Shown here one piece after another: positions 32,264-40,589 of a DNA stretch of 53,929 nt; within the stretch, counting starts at the first letter, position 1; each line of letters starts with the position of its first letter. The stretch lies in sequence record SRR20825006_749; one strand, given 5' to 3'. Below the pieces are notes generated by a model, which saw nothing but the letters and a program-made list of their open reading frames with translations, searched no databases and had not been told where the DNA came from. The translations under genes and the position numbers were made by a program.

Positions 32264-32459
32264 CTAATAACCTGACCTGGTTGCTAAGCAGTCAGCTTCC
32301 CACAAGCTTGTTATCTGCCATCTCCTTTGACGGTGTCTGATACTGCTAAAGTAGTATGAGAGTTTTCTACGTTCTGACAATACTGTCAAGTCGCCTTAAC
32401 AATAGGTGGCTTTGCTGGTGACGGTCTGGCTTCGTTTGCCAGGCCGAGATGTATTGCAG

Positions 32460-32729
32460 CTAGTGGGGATAGGTCCAGATATCCTGTTTGCGCTCAAACT
32501 CAAACAGCTCTTCGTGCAGCAGCCTGATATTGAGCAAAGCCTTCATATCATCGGGCGGAAAACCGCTTCGGGTCCCGCTACGGGTCTCTGTGAACAGCGA
32601 ATCCAGGTAGGGTTCGCAAAACTCACTTCCCCAGAAGATAAACAGTTTTTTGGCAATATGAGGGTATTTTTTTGCGATCCTGATATAGGACTCGTGTTCC
32701 TCTAATTGCTGTATTTTTGGATTGCTCAT
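32460..32729 (-). CDS. Conserved hypothetical protein, 89 aa
   Basis: The YPHI...WG...YL..L...R..R.GFP pattern is recalled from small proteobacterial proteins of unknown function. Confidence 0.7.
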   Translation of the reverse strand: MSNPKIQQLEEHESYIRIAKKYPHIAKKLFIFWGSEFCEPYLDSLFTETRSGTRSGFPPDDMKALLNIRLLHEELFEFERKQDIWTYPH

Positions 32730-32864
32730 AAAAAAGATTGAATCGTGATAATCAGGCCTTAATCCAAGCCTGCTAGATTTAGAGCAGCGATGATGTGAAA
32801 CAGATCAAAGAACAGTGGTTGCCCTGTCAGCATTTGTTTATTTCAAAGCTAAAGTCGACAGGTT

Positions 32865-33230
32865 TTATTTCCTCGCTTGCTCAATCGCCTGTTTAAGAAT
32901 CGGTAAATGTGACTGCTCCAGCTCTTTGACTGCTGAAAGCAAGGTGATCGGTTTTTTCCCGGCCATTTCAGCGAGCTCATTCAAAGTCTCCGATTCAGAC
33001 TTGAGCGACTGACTATACTGTTTTTTGAACTCGGCATAACTCAGTTCATCGTTGTGCCAGGCCTTTCTTAACTCATTGGGCGGACAGAGGGATTTAATCC
33101 AGTCGTCATAGTCCAGGTCGGTTTTTTTAATGCCACGCGGCCAGAGCCGATCTGCAAGCAATCTGATGCCGTCGGCTTTGACCGGCTTGTCATAAACCCT
33201 TTTCAGTCTGATTTTGCTTTCTGCAGTCAT
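32865..33230 (-). CDS. yeaO: DUF488/YeaO-family protein
   Basis: KRVYD, DGIRLLADRLWPRGIKK and ELRKAW. Confidence 0.85.
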   Translation of the reverse strand: MTAESKIRLKRVYDKPVKADGIRLLADRLWPRGIKKTDLDYDDWIKSLCPPNELRKAWHNDELSYAEFKKQYSQSLKSESETLNELAEMAGKKPITLLSAVKELEQSHLPILKQAIEQARK

Positions 33231-33236
33231 GACAAA

Positions 33237-33749
33237 TCACCCGTTGTCCGGTTGCAGTTTAGTCAGTATCGCTTTGTTAAATTCATGCAGATCGCCCGGA
33301 TGCCGTGACGTTATCAGGTTCTCGTCAATAACCAGTGGTGCATCAAGATATTCCGCACCGGCACCTATCAATTCATCGGAAATTTTTTCAACGCAGGTTG
33401 CTTTGCGTCCCCGTAACAAGTCAGCCGAGACCAGAATCTGTGGTCCGTGACAAATGGCCGCGACGAGTTTGCCGCTGGCAAAGAAATGTTTGGCAATATC
33501 CAGTGCCCGTTGTGACTTTCTCAAGTTAGCCGGAGCCTCACCGCCCGGTAGCAGCAATAACTCATAATTATCCGGATTGACTTCATTGAGTGTCATGCCG
33601 GCAACGACTTCAGTGCCCTTCTTACCCTTAATAATGCCGGTTTGCAGTGATGCAATATCGCATTCAACACCGGCTTGCTCCAGTTGCTTGAGCGGTTCGG
33701 TCACTTCGCTGTCTTCAAAGTGATCAGTACTGAGAATGATGGCTTTCAT
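33237..33749 (-). CDS. pfpI: PfpI/DJ-1-family protease/deglycase
   Basis: FEDSE, LLLPGG, AAICHGPQ and LITSRHPGDL. Confidence 0.92.
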   Translation of the reverse strand: MKAIILSTDHFEDSEVTEPLKQLEQAGVECDIASLQTGIIKGKKGTEVVAGMTLNEVNPDNYELLLLPGGEAPANLRKSQRALDIAKHFFASGKLVAAICHGPQILVSADLLRGRKATCVEKISDELIGAGAEYLDAPLVIDENLITSRHPGDLHEFNKAILTKLQPDNG

Positions 33750-34095
33750 TTTTGCCTCCTTTCTCTCAAACCTCTATTTCATCCCAACATGTTTATGCAT
33801 GGACTTCAAAATCTGACTGCAGACTTGGATGATTTGGATGAGCAGCTTTTATTTGTTACGGTTCGTTTATGGTGCTTACAAACTAAGACAGCCTTACAAG
33901 CGCCATGTTCACAAAATCTGCTTTCAAAGAGATGCATGACTGGATTAAGGTCAGCAGAGAAAGCAAGTTCCTGCATTGGCTGAACCTTAGCCAGAATTGT
34001 CTTGAAAAATTTGTTGAGTCGTTCTGTATCGTTCGGACTCTTTGTAAGCTTTCTAGACGAAACTTGTCTTTTCAAACAACAGAGAGGTGATCGCC

Positions 34096-34551
34096 ATGAA
34101 TATTCTGGATGTTTGTCAGCACAAAGTAGCCATGTTGGAAAAAAATGAAAAAGTTCAGGAAGCAGCCAGGCAGATGAAAATACATCACGTGGGTGATGTG
34201 ATTGTTGTCAGTAAGGAAAACGGTCAGAACAGACCTCTGGGTATCCTGACTGATCGCGATATTGTCATCAATTTAGTAGCGGATGATGTCGACCTTAGCG
34301 CCGTCACGGTAGGTGATTGTATGAGTGACGACCTGATGACGGTGAGAGACGATGCCGATATTGCGGATACCATGAAAGAAATGAGTCGGCGCGGGGTACG
34401 CCGGGCGCCGGTTGTTGCCTCTGATGGCAGCCTCTGTGGAATATTAAGTATGGATGACCTGATTGAAGTCTCGTCTAATATTCTGCGGGATATGTCTGCT
34501 TTGATTACCCGAGAGCAGGCATGCGAGGAACTCAGACAACAGCCACATTGA
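34096..34551 (+). CDS. Tandem CBS-domain protein
   Basis: HHVGDVIVV, GILTDRDIV, GVRRAPVV and GILSMDDL; SD GAGGTG before the ATG at 34096. Confidence 0.9.
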   Translation: MNILDVCQHKVAMLEKNEKVQEAARQMKIHHVGDVIVVSKENGQNRPLGILTDRDIVINLVADDVDLSAVTVGDCMSDDLMTVRDDADIADTMKEMSRRGVRRAPVVASDGSLCGILSMDDLIEVSSNILRDMSALITREQACEELRQQPH

Positions 34552-34569
34552 ACTCGCTGCCTTTTTATT

Positions 34570-34593
34570 CAGGGGAGAGCAAGCTCTCCCCTG
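34570..34593. terminator. Perfect GC-rich hairpin between convergent genes
   Basis: CAGGGGAGAGC-AA-GCTCTCCCCTG; no classical downstream U tract on either strand. Confidence 0.45.
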
Positions 34594-34601
34594 CCTCAGG
34601 C

Positions 34602-35057
34602 TTACTTGCCCAGTTTGCCTTTTATTTTATTGCATAAGGCAATCAACTGCGCGGCTTCCTCTTGTGTGAGGCCGGTAGCGCAGAGCGCTTCTTTAGCTAC
34701 CTGCTCGGCCTGCCGGGCGAACGCCTGACCTTTGGCGGTCAATGTAATCGCCATTGTACGTTCATTTCCCGGTATCCGGTTTCGTTGCAGATAACCGCGG
34801 TTTTCCAGCGTTTTCAGCATCGGTGTTAGTGTCGCTTTGCTGAGTCCGATAAGTCGACCAAGCTCAGTGACAGAAACCGCATCCTGTTGCCACAGCCCCA
34901 TCATCACCACAAATTGTGAATACGATAGCTGATGAGGTGACAATAACCGTGTATAAGCCTGGGTCACCACAGCACTGGTTGAGTACAAGGCATAACAGAC
35001 TTGTTCTGCTAATTTAGGCCCCATTGTGCCCTCATTTTTTAAAGTGGTACTTGACAT
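34602..35057 (-). CDS. MarR-family regulator, OhrR-like (alternative start at 35024)
   Basis: EQVCYALYS carries the OhrR sensing Cys; LSYSQFVVM, ATLTPMLKTLE and two C-terminal Cys residues. Confidence 0.88.
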   Translation of the reverse strand: MSSTTLKNEGTMGPKLAEQVCYALYSTSAVVTQAYTRLLSPHQLSYSQFVVMMGLWQQDAVSVTELGRLIGLSKATLTPMLKTLENRGYLQRNRIPGNERTMAITLTAKGQAFARQAEQVAKEALCATGLTQEEAAQLIALCNKIKGKLGK

Positions 35058-35108
35058 GCATATTTAACCGGCATAACGTTAGGTTGCGAACAGTTTGTTT
35101 GCGAACGA
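35051..35108 (+). promoter_or_regulatory. Sigma-70 promoter and tandem operator for hthp-nnrS
   Basis: TTGACA (35051-35056), 17-nt spacer, TAACGT (35074-35079). TTGCGAAC occurs twice just downstream, each within an imperfect palindrome. Confidence 0.6.
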
Positions 35109-35123
35109 TAAGGAGAGAATAGC

Positions 35124-35432
35124 ATGAAATCCATTATTTATCTGATCCCATTAATGCTCGCCGTATGGCTGCCACAGGCTGCCAGCGCCGAAGACATGAA
35201 AGCCAGTGACGACTATATGCCTTCGCTAATCACGGAAACCCCATATGAAGGACGCCAACTTGCGATCAAGATTGTTCGCAAAACCATTGGCACGATTCAG
35301 ACTGATACTGCAGCCAAACACCGGGTCAGGGCCAAATATGCTGAAGATCCGGCCCTGCTGATGAATGCAGCTGAATTAGTCGCTATTGAGTTCAAAACTA
35401 TTGCTATCGCCAACGATTACTGGCGTGACTGA
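35124..35432 (+). CDS. Hexameric tyrosine-coordinated heme protein (HTHP) with signal peptide
   Basis: PSLITETPYEG..LAIK..R, RAKYAED (heme Tyr) and EFKTIAIANDYW; N-terminal signal ending in ASA. Confidence 0.8.
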   Translation: MKSIIYLIPLMLAVWLPQAASAEDMKASDDYMPSLITETPYEGRQLAIKIVRKTIGTIQTDTAAKHRVRAKYAEDPALLMNAAELVAIEFKTIAIANDYWRD

Positions 35433-35442
35433 TTTGACCTGT

Positions 35443-35476
35443 CCGGGCAGGCTGTCAGCGGGCTGCCCGGTCTTTT
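35443..35476 (+). terminator. Intrinsic terminator-like hairpin between hthp and nnrS
   Basis: CCGGGCAG...CTGCCCGG followed by TCTTTT. Confidence 0.55.
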
Positions 35477-35499
35477 ACTGATGATTCAGGTAGCGAGTA

Positions 35500-36678
35500 A
35501 TGTCAAAAAAATCACCTCATCCTGCTGTATTGGATCTGGCTTTCAGACCCTTTTTCCTGCTTGGCGCTGTTTTCAGCATTATTGCTTTAGTGTTGTGGGG
35601 CGCCAGTCTGCATGGCTGGCTCAGTCACGCTTATCATGGATATAGCCAGCTCTGGCACGGTCATGAAATGTTGTTCGGATTTGTTGCCGCCATTCTGGTG
35701 GGCTTTTTGCTCACAGCGGTGCAGAATTGGACAGGGCTGCGCTCGGCTCACGGCAACAGATTGCTACTGCTGATAATGCTGTGGCTGAGTGGGCGACTCG
35801 CCGTCTGGTTTACTGCTGAGATGCCATGGTGGCTGGTCATTGTCCTGGACAGCAGTTTTCTGCTCTACGCAGCCTGGCTGCTTGGCTCCCTGCTAATTAA
35901 AAAACAGCAGAAACGCAATTATTTTGCGGTACTGGCCATACTCCTGCTGACCGCCGACAACGTGGTGTTTCATCTTGGTGTCGCGGCCGGTCATCTGCAA
36001 ACAGCGACTTATGCCCTACATAGCGTGATATTGCTGATCACTTTGCTGATGACGGTTATTGGCGGTCGGGTAATCCCGATGTTCACCGGCAATACCACTC
36101 AGATCCCACCGCGAAAACGAATTCAATGGCTGGATAAATCCGGCTTAGCCTTATTGTGGGCCATGGTGGTTATCTTTCTTTTCCAGCTTCAGTTTTATCT
36201 GGCAGAGAGCCTTCTTGCAGTCATTTTTGTTTTTGCAGCCGTGCTTATCGCCGCGCGCTGCGCGCTTTGGCGGCCTATGTCGACTTGGCCTCACCCGCTG
36301 CTCTGGTCTTTGCACCTGAGTTACTGGTTTATCCCCCTGGGCTTATTGCTGATTGCCTGCCACTATGCCGGTATGGCGATCAGTTTGAGTACGGCCTTGC
36401 ATGCACTCACTGTTGGCGCTATGGGCGGTCTTATTCTGAGCATGATGTCCCGTGTCTCACTAGGTCATAGCGGCAGACCGATTGTGCCGGCCCCTGCTAT
36501 CAGGCTGGCGCTGGCTTTGGTGCTGCTCTCGGCATTATCCCGTGTCGGAATCATATTAATCGAACCGGCGCTCAGTATCTGGGCCCGGTGGTTGAGTATC
36601 GGACTGTGGGTTATCGCCTATGGATTATTTTTATTCCGCTATACCGGGATTCTGACTTCACCCAGAGCGGATGGTTAA
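35500..36678 (+). CDS. nnrS: NnrS heme-copper membrane protein (NO tolerance)
   Basis: AFRPFFLLG, WHGHEMLFGF, GFLLTAVQNWTG, IGGRVIPMFT, HALTVG and RVSLGHSGR. Confidence 0.95.
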   Translation: MSKKSPHPAVLDLAFRPFFLLGAVFSIIALVLWGASLHGWLSHAYHGYSQLWHGHEMLFGFVAAILVGFLLTAVQNWTGLRSAHGNRLLLLIMLWLSGRLAVWFTAEMPWWLVIVLDSSFLLYAAWLLGSLLIKKQQKRNYFAVLAILLLTADNVVFHLGVAAGHLQTATYALHSVILLITLLMTVIGGRVIPMFTGNTTQIPPRKRIQWLDKSGLALLWAMVVIFLFQLQFYLAESLLAVIFVFAAVLIAARCALWRPMSTWPHPLLWSLHLSYWFIPLGLLLIACHYAGMAISLSTALHALTVGAMGGLILSMMSRVSLGHSGRPIVPAPAIRLALALVLLSALSRVGIILIEPALSIWARWLSIGLWVIAYGLFLFRYTGILTSPRADG

Positions 36679-36681
36679 TAA

Positions 36682-36714
36682 CGGAAACCGGACAAAGTCC
36701 GGTTCCGCGCTTTT
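36682..36714 (+). terminator. Terminator between convergent nnrS and secDF
   Basis: CGGAAACCGGAC-AAA-GTCCGGTTCCG followed by CGCTTTT. Confidence 0.6.
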
Positions 36715-36723
36715 AGTTTATTA

Positions 36724-39243
36724 TCAAGGCATTTCAGCCAGGCGGCGTTGCATTTCCTCCGCGCTGGGACGTAATTGTGACAGACCTTTCCGGCTACGGC
36801 GCTGGCCCAGAAAATACAGGATAGGCGCTGCAATAAACACTGACGAACTGGTGCCAATAACAATGCCGAACAGCATCGGCAAGGCAAAACTGGCCACCGC
36901 CGAACCCCCTGCTATTCCCATCGGTAATAAAGCCAGAAAAGTGGTGACTGAGGTAAATACCGTCCGGGTCAGCGTGGATGAAATACTTTCATTCATCAGC
37001 GTCATCATCGGCTTATCCGGATTGGCTCGCAGGTTTTCCCTGATGCGATCGAACACCACCACTTTGTCATTGACCGAGTAACCAATCAAAGCCAGTAAAG
37101 CCGCAACTGCAGTCAGATTGAACTCGACGCCGGTCAAAGCAAAAAAGCCGATGGTTTTGGTCAGATCCAGGGCGATAGTTAATGTTGCTGCAATGGCAAA
37201 ATGTGATTCAAAACGGATGGCGAGATAAGCCAGCATGCCGAAGCCGGCCAGCAAAATGGCCAGAATCGTATCGTCCGCGAAGCCACTACTGACCTTGGGG
37301 CCAACCATATCCACTTTGGGAAAGGCAGCATCAGCCTGTACTGACTGGACTGCCCTCTTCAGCGCATCAACCTGGGCGGAAGTTGCTGCCGGATCCTGAT
37401 TTTCTGCCGGTAAACGTACCAGAAAATCGCCCTGCTCGGCCGATTCCTGAATCGATGCCTGTGCCATATCATGCTGTTGTAATGACGCGCGTATGTTTTC
37501 GACAGAGAGCTGACTGGCCTGGACTTCAACCAGGGTGCCGCCGGTAAAATCAACACCGTACTTCAGCCCGGGCTGAATAAACAGCACAATCGCTGCCAGT
37601 GATAACAAAGCTGAAGCCGTCAGTCCGGCAAAGCGACTGCGCAGAAAGTTGAGATTACGGCTGCTGAGCTTGTCGAGCATGGCAAAGCCATTGATCCTAA
37701 GCGGTTTCTTTTCCCGGCCTTTTATCGACCACTCCATCAACAGCCGCGTCACTGCTATCGCGGTAAACATCGAGGTCAGCAGACCAATACCGATGGTGAC
37801 GGCAAACCCTTGTACCGGACCACTCCCGAACATGAACAGCAAACTGACCGCGATGAGCGTGGTCAGGTTGGAATCAATAATCGTGGTGTAAGCTTTATCG
37901 AAGCCCTCATGCATGGCTTTCCAGGCCGATTTACCCCGTCTCGATTCTTCGCGGATACGTTCATTGATCAGAATGTTGGCATCGACCGCCATCCCCAGGG
38001 TCAGAATGATGCCGGCGATACCCGGCAAGGTCAGCGTGGCGCCGAGCAGACTCAGAATACCGAATACCAGGCCCATGTTAATGGCCAGGCCCACACAGGC
38101 AATCAGACCCCAGCGTCCATAAATTCCAATCATAAAGGCAATCACCAGCGCCGCACCGATTAAACCGGTGCTCAGGCCCATGGCAATCGCATCACTACCA
38201 AGATCGGGACCAACACTGCGTTCTTCCATCACAAGCAGCGGCACTGGCAAAGCACCGGCTCTTAGTAACAAAGCCAGTTCGGCGGCTTCTTCGGTGGTGA
38301 AACCACCGCTGATCTCCCCACTGCCACCCCCGATTTCACTACGAATCACCGGTGCGGTAATCACTTTATCATCGAGGACGATGGCGAGCGGCCTGCCGAT
38401 ATTGTCGCGGGTCATCTTACCGAATAGTTTCGCGCCTTCATTATCGAGTTTGAAAGTCACCACCGGTTCGCCACTGTCCGGGTTAAAACTGGTCTGGGCA
38501 TCACGAATATGCTGGCCCTCCATCGCCACCCGTTTTTCCAGCCTGAACTGCTGTTTACCATCCTGGCTAGGCAGGGTAATTGTGCCTTCACCACCTGTGT
38601 CAGCAGCATCCCAGTGGAAAGTCATTTTGGCGGTGGTGCCCAGTAACTGGCGAATATCACTTGGATCCGCCACGCCAGGCATCTGTACCAGTATGCCGGC
38701 ATTGCCCTGGCGGGTAATGCTGGGATCAACCAGCCCGGTCTCATCCAGACGACGGCGTACCACTTCCAGACTGCGTTCAATGGCGTCGTTCATCACCGCC
38801 TTGAACCAGCTTTCAGTGAGTCTCAATTCAAGCTGGTTGCCGATGATTTCCAGCTCCAAGCGACGACTGCCATTGTTGTTGTCACGGGCCAAAGATTCAA
38901 CGATAGCCTCTACCGGCTTAATCGAGTCGCTGTTCCTGAGTATTAATTGCAGGCTGTCAGGTTGTATTAGCGGCTGATTGTAATAAATACCGGCATCACG
39001 AAGCTGGTCGGTCAGTTCATCTGCCAGTGTCTGGTATTGTTCCTCGATAAGCGCTTTGCTATCCGCTTCCAGCAACAAATGAGAACCACCCTGTAAGTCC
39101 AGCCCAAGCGATACATTGTTTTCGCTATACCAGGCGGGTAACTTGCTGGCGATTCTGTCAGGTAAAAGATTGGGAACCGCGCTCAGTAAACCGAGCACAA
39201 TTAACAGGCCATAAACGATGGCCCGCGTAGATAATGATTTCAT
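36724..39243 (-). CDS. secDF: Fused protein translocase subunit SecDF (accessory paralogue)
   Basis: LGLDLQGG, GPDLG and GMAVDANILINERIREE (SecD); GVDFTGG, GYSVNDKVVVFDRIREN and GTSSSVFIA (SecF), all in one 839-aa chain. Confidence 0.95.
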   Translation of the reverse strand: MKSLSTRAIVYGLLIVLGLLSAVPNLLPDRIASKLPAWYSENNVSLGLDLQGGSHLLLEADSKALIEEQYQTLADELTDQLRDAGIYYNQPLIQPDSLQLILRNSDSIKPVEAIVESLARDNNNGSRRLELEIIGNQLELRLTESWFKAVMNDAIERSLEVVRRRLDETGLVDPSITRQGNAGILVQMPGVADPSDIRQLLGTTAKMTFHWDAADTGGEGTITLPSQDGKQQFRLEKRVAMEGQHIRDAQTSFNPDSGEPVVTFKLDNEGAKLFGKMTRDNIGRPLAIVLDDKVITAPVIRSEIGGGSGEISGGFTTEEAAELALLLRAGALPVPLLVMEERSVGPDLGSDAIAMGLSTGLIGAALVIAFMIGIYGRWGLIACVGLAINMGLVFGILSLLGATLTLPGIAGIILTLGMAVDANILINERIREESRRGKSAWKAMHEGFDKAYTTIIDSNLTTLIAVSLLFMFGSGPVQGFAVTIGIGLLTSMFTAIAVTRLLMEWSIKGREKKPLRINGFAMLDKLSSRNLNFLRSRFAGLTASALLSLAAIVLFIQPGLKYGVDFTGGTLVEVQASQLSVENIRASLQQHDMAQASIQESAEQGDFLVRLPAENQDPAATSAQVDALKRAVQSVQADAAFPKVDMVGPKVSSGFADDTILAILLAGFGMLAYLAIRFESHFAIAATLTIALDLTKTIGFFALTGVEFNLTAVAALLALIGYSVNDKVVVFDRIRENLRANPDKPMMTLMNESISSTLTRTVFTSVTTFLALLPMGIAGGSAVASFALPMLFGIVIGTSSSVFIAAPILYFLGQRRSRKGLSQLRPSAEEMQRRLAEMP

Positions 39244-39316
39244 GCTAATCCTCGAAAAACGATTGAATTAAAACGCCGTCAGCTTCGCTGACAACGCAAA
39301 GTTTTTTGGGATTAAC
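39244..39316 (-). promoter_or_regulatory. Predicted RNA structure sequestering the secDF ribosome-binding site
   Basis: GUUAAUCC-CA-AAAAAC (39316-39301, includes the leader UAA) pairs with GUUUUU-CGA-GGAUUAGC (39260-39244, includes the GAGGA SD). Inner 11-bp hairpin at 39297-39273. Confidence 0.75.
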
Positions 39317-39692
39317 TAAGTGGTGGTGCTCTCAGATAAGGACGTAGATAGGCACAGTCGTCGAGCTGAGCAGAGAAAATCTCAGTGACTGATGAAACCG
39401 TATTCCGGCCTTTAACAGGGGCATGCCCGGCTGGATTAATGGCCTGATCGTCGGCTGAGTCGGAATCCGCTGAAGTCTGCCCTGATTGTTCAGACTTCAG
39501 GCTCAGCCTCAGTGAATTATCATGCAGCGCTGTCCGGGCATCCAGTCGTTTAACCAGACCCGTGCTGCTTTCCGTGTTGCCGGATTGAGCGTAGGAAATA
39601 ACCGGCAGCGATGCCAGTAACAAGGCAAAACACAAGACCCACAGCCGGGCGGCTATGTGACTGGTTGATGTGTCTTGTTGTTGGGGCGACAT
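39312..39692 (-). CDS. Secretion-monitoring arrest peptide candidate (signal peptide plus C-terminal RAPP)
   Basis: Hydrophobic signal ending in SYA, polar linker, C-terminus YLRPYLRAPPLS; ends 68 nt upstream of secDF. Confidence 0.8.
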   Translation of the reverse strand: MSPQQQDTSTSHIAARLWVLCFALLLASLPVISYAQSGNTESSTGLVKRLDARTALHDNSLRLSLKSEQSGQTSADSDSADDQAINPAGHAPVKGRNTVSSVTEIFSAQLDDCAYLRPYLRAPPLS

Positions 39693-39809
39693 GGGGACGC
39701 TCGGCAGTTGAAAAGCGCAGTTCTTGTCTGCGTATCGCTAATATACAGGAATCGCCCTGGCCGGCTATTGAATTTTTGAGCCCATAACGGCGATGTCAGA
39801 TTAACTTAA

Positions 39810-40583
39810 TCAGAACCAGACTCTCACTCCGGCAACAAAGGTTGCTGTACTGTCCTCATCCCCTTCGCTTTCTGCCAGATCTTTTGTATCACCCAGTAAC
39901 CGGGTGGCTGACACACCGATATAGGGCGCAAATTCCCGACTCAGGTGATAGCGCAGGCGTATACCGGTGGTGATGCCATTGAGACCCTGTCCCTGTTCGA
40001 AGTCTTCAACTTCAGAAAAGGCATAACTGGTTTCTGCCCGTGCCTGCAAAATCAGCTTTTGTGTCAGACGCCAGTCATACTCGGCTTCCAGATCCAACCA
40101 GGTATCACCGTCGTCACTGATACGGAGATTGCTATCGATTTCAAACCAGTACGGTGCCAGGCCCTGAAAACCAATAATGCCGTAATAACGCTCCTGCCTG
40201 GCACCGGCGCCGAAGCTGGTCTGGGTGCCAATACCGGTTTGCAGGTCCCAGAATGGACTGATACGGCGGCTGTACTGTAAATCCAGATTTTCTATTTCAC
40301 CGCTATGCTCATCGTTGTAACTGCCTTCGGTTTCCAGCCAGAATCGATTCAAATCCTTGCCATACCAGGCCTGTGCATCCCACAGCAGTTGCTCACTGCC
40401 TTCGATGCTTTGCATCTCCAGTCGATCAAACATCAACTGACCATAAGCCATATCATCATGAATCGGTTTGGGCCAGCTGGGATCTGCCTGCAAACCGGTA
40501 CCGTCAGCAAGGCTCTGTGCCGAGCCAATGATGAGTGATGTTGCCAGAGAAAAAGCTGTTATTGTCCTGATTAATCTCATCAT
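39810..40583 (-). CDS. copB: Copper resistance outer-membrane protein B (start may be 40580)
   Basis: FDRLE, WDAQAWYG, GLAPYWFE, REFAPYIGV and terminal VRVWF. Confidence 0.92.
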   Translation of the reverse strand: MMRLIRTITAFSLATSLIIGSAQSLADGTGLQADPSWPKPIHDDMAYGQLMFDRLEMQSIEGSEQLLWDAQAWYGKDLNRFWLETEGSYNDEHSGEIENLDLQYSRRISPFWDLQTGIGTQTSFGAGARQERYYGIIGFQGLAPYWFEIDSNLRISDDGDTWLDLEAEYDWRLTQKLILQARAETSYAFSEVEDFEQGQGLNGITTGIRLRYHLSREFAPYIGVSATRLLGDTKDLAESEGDEDSTATFVAGVRVWF

Positions 40584-40589
40584 TAACTC

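Noticed and set aside
33750-34095. Short ORFs and scattered GGA motifs in the pfpI-CBS intergenic region (possible Csr/Rsm sRNA)
   Set aside because: No repeated ANGGA hairpin loops or terminator, and the ORFs lack convincing SD or domain features.
35053-35075. NsrR-like ACATGCATAT upstream of hthp-nnrS
   Set aside because: Only one half-site matches; there is no dyad symmetry.
38168-38977. 269-aa antisense ORF within secDF, and similar ORFs such as 22183-23013, 41424-42071, 13818-14360 and 1686-2174
   Set aside because: Shadow ORFs fully overlapping well-supported genes, with no motifs.
39312-39692. RAPP leader as a copper-sensing CruR/CutF (DUF2946) protein, given the adjacent copAB
   Set aside because: It has no CxxC motif and the downstream gene is secDF, so a secretion monitor fits better.
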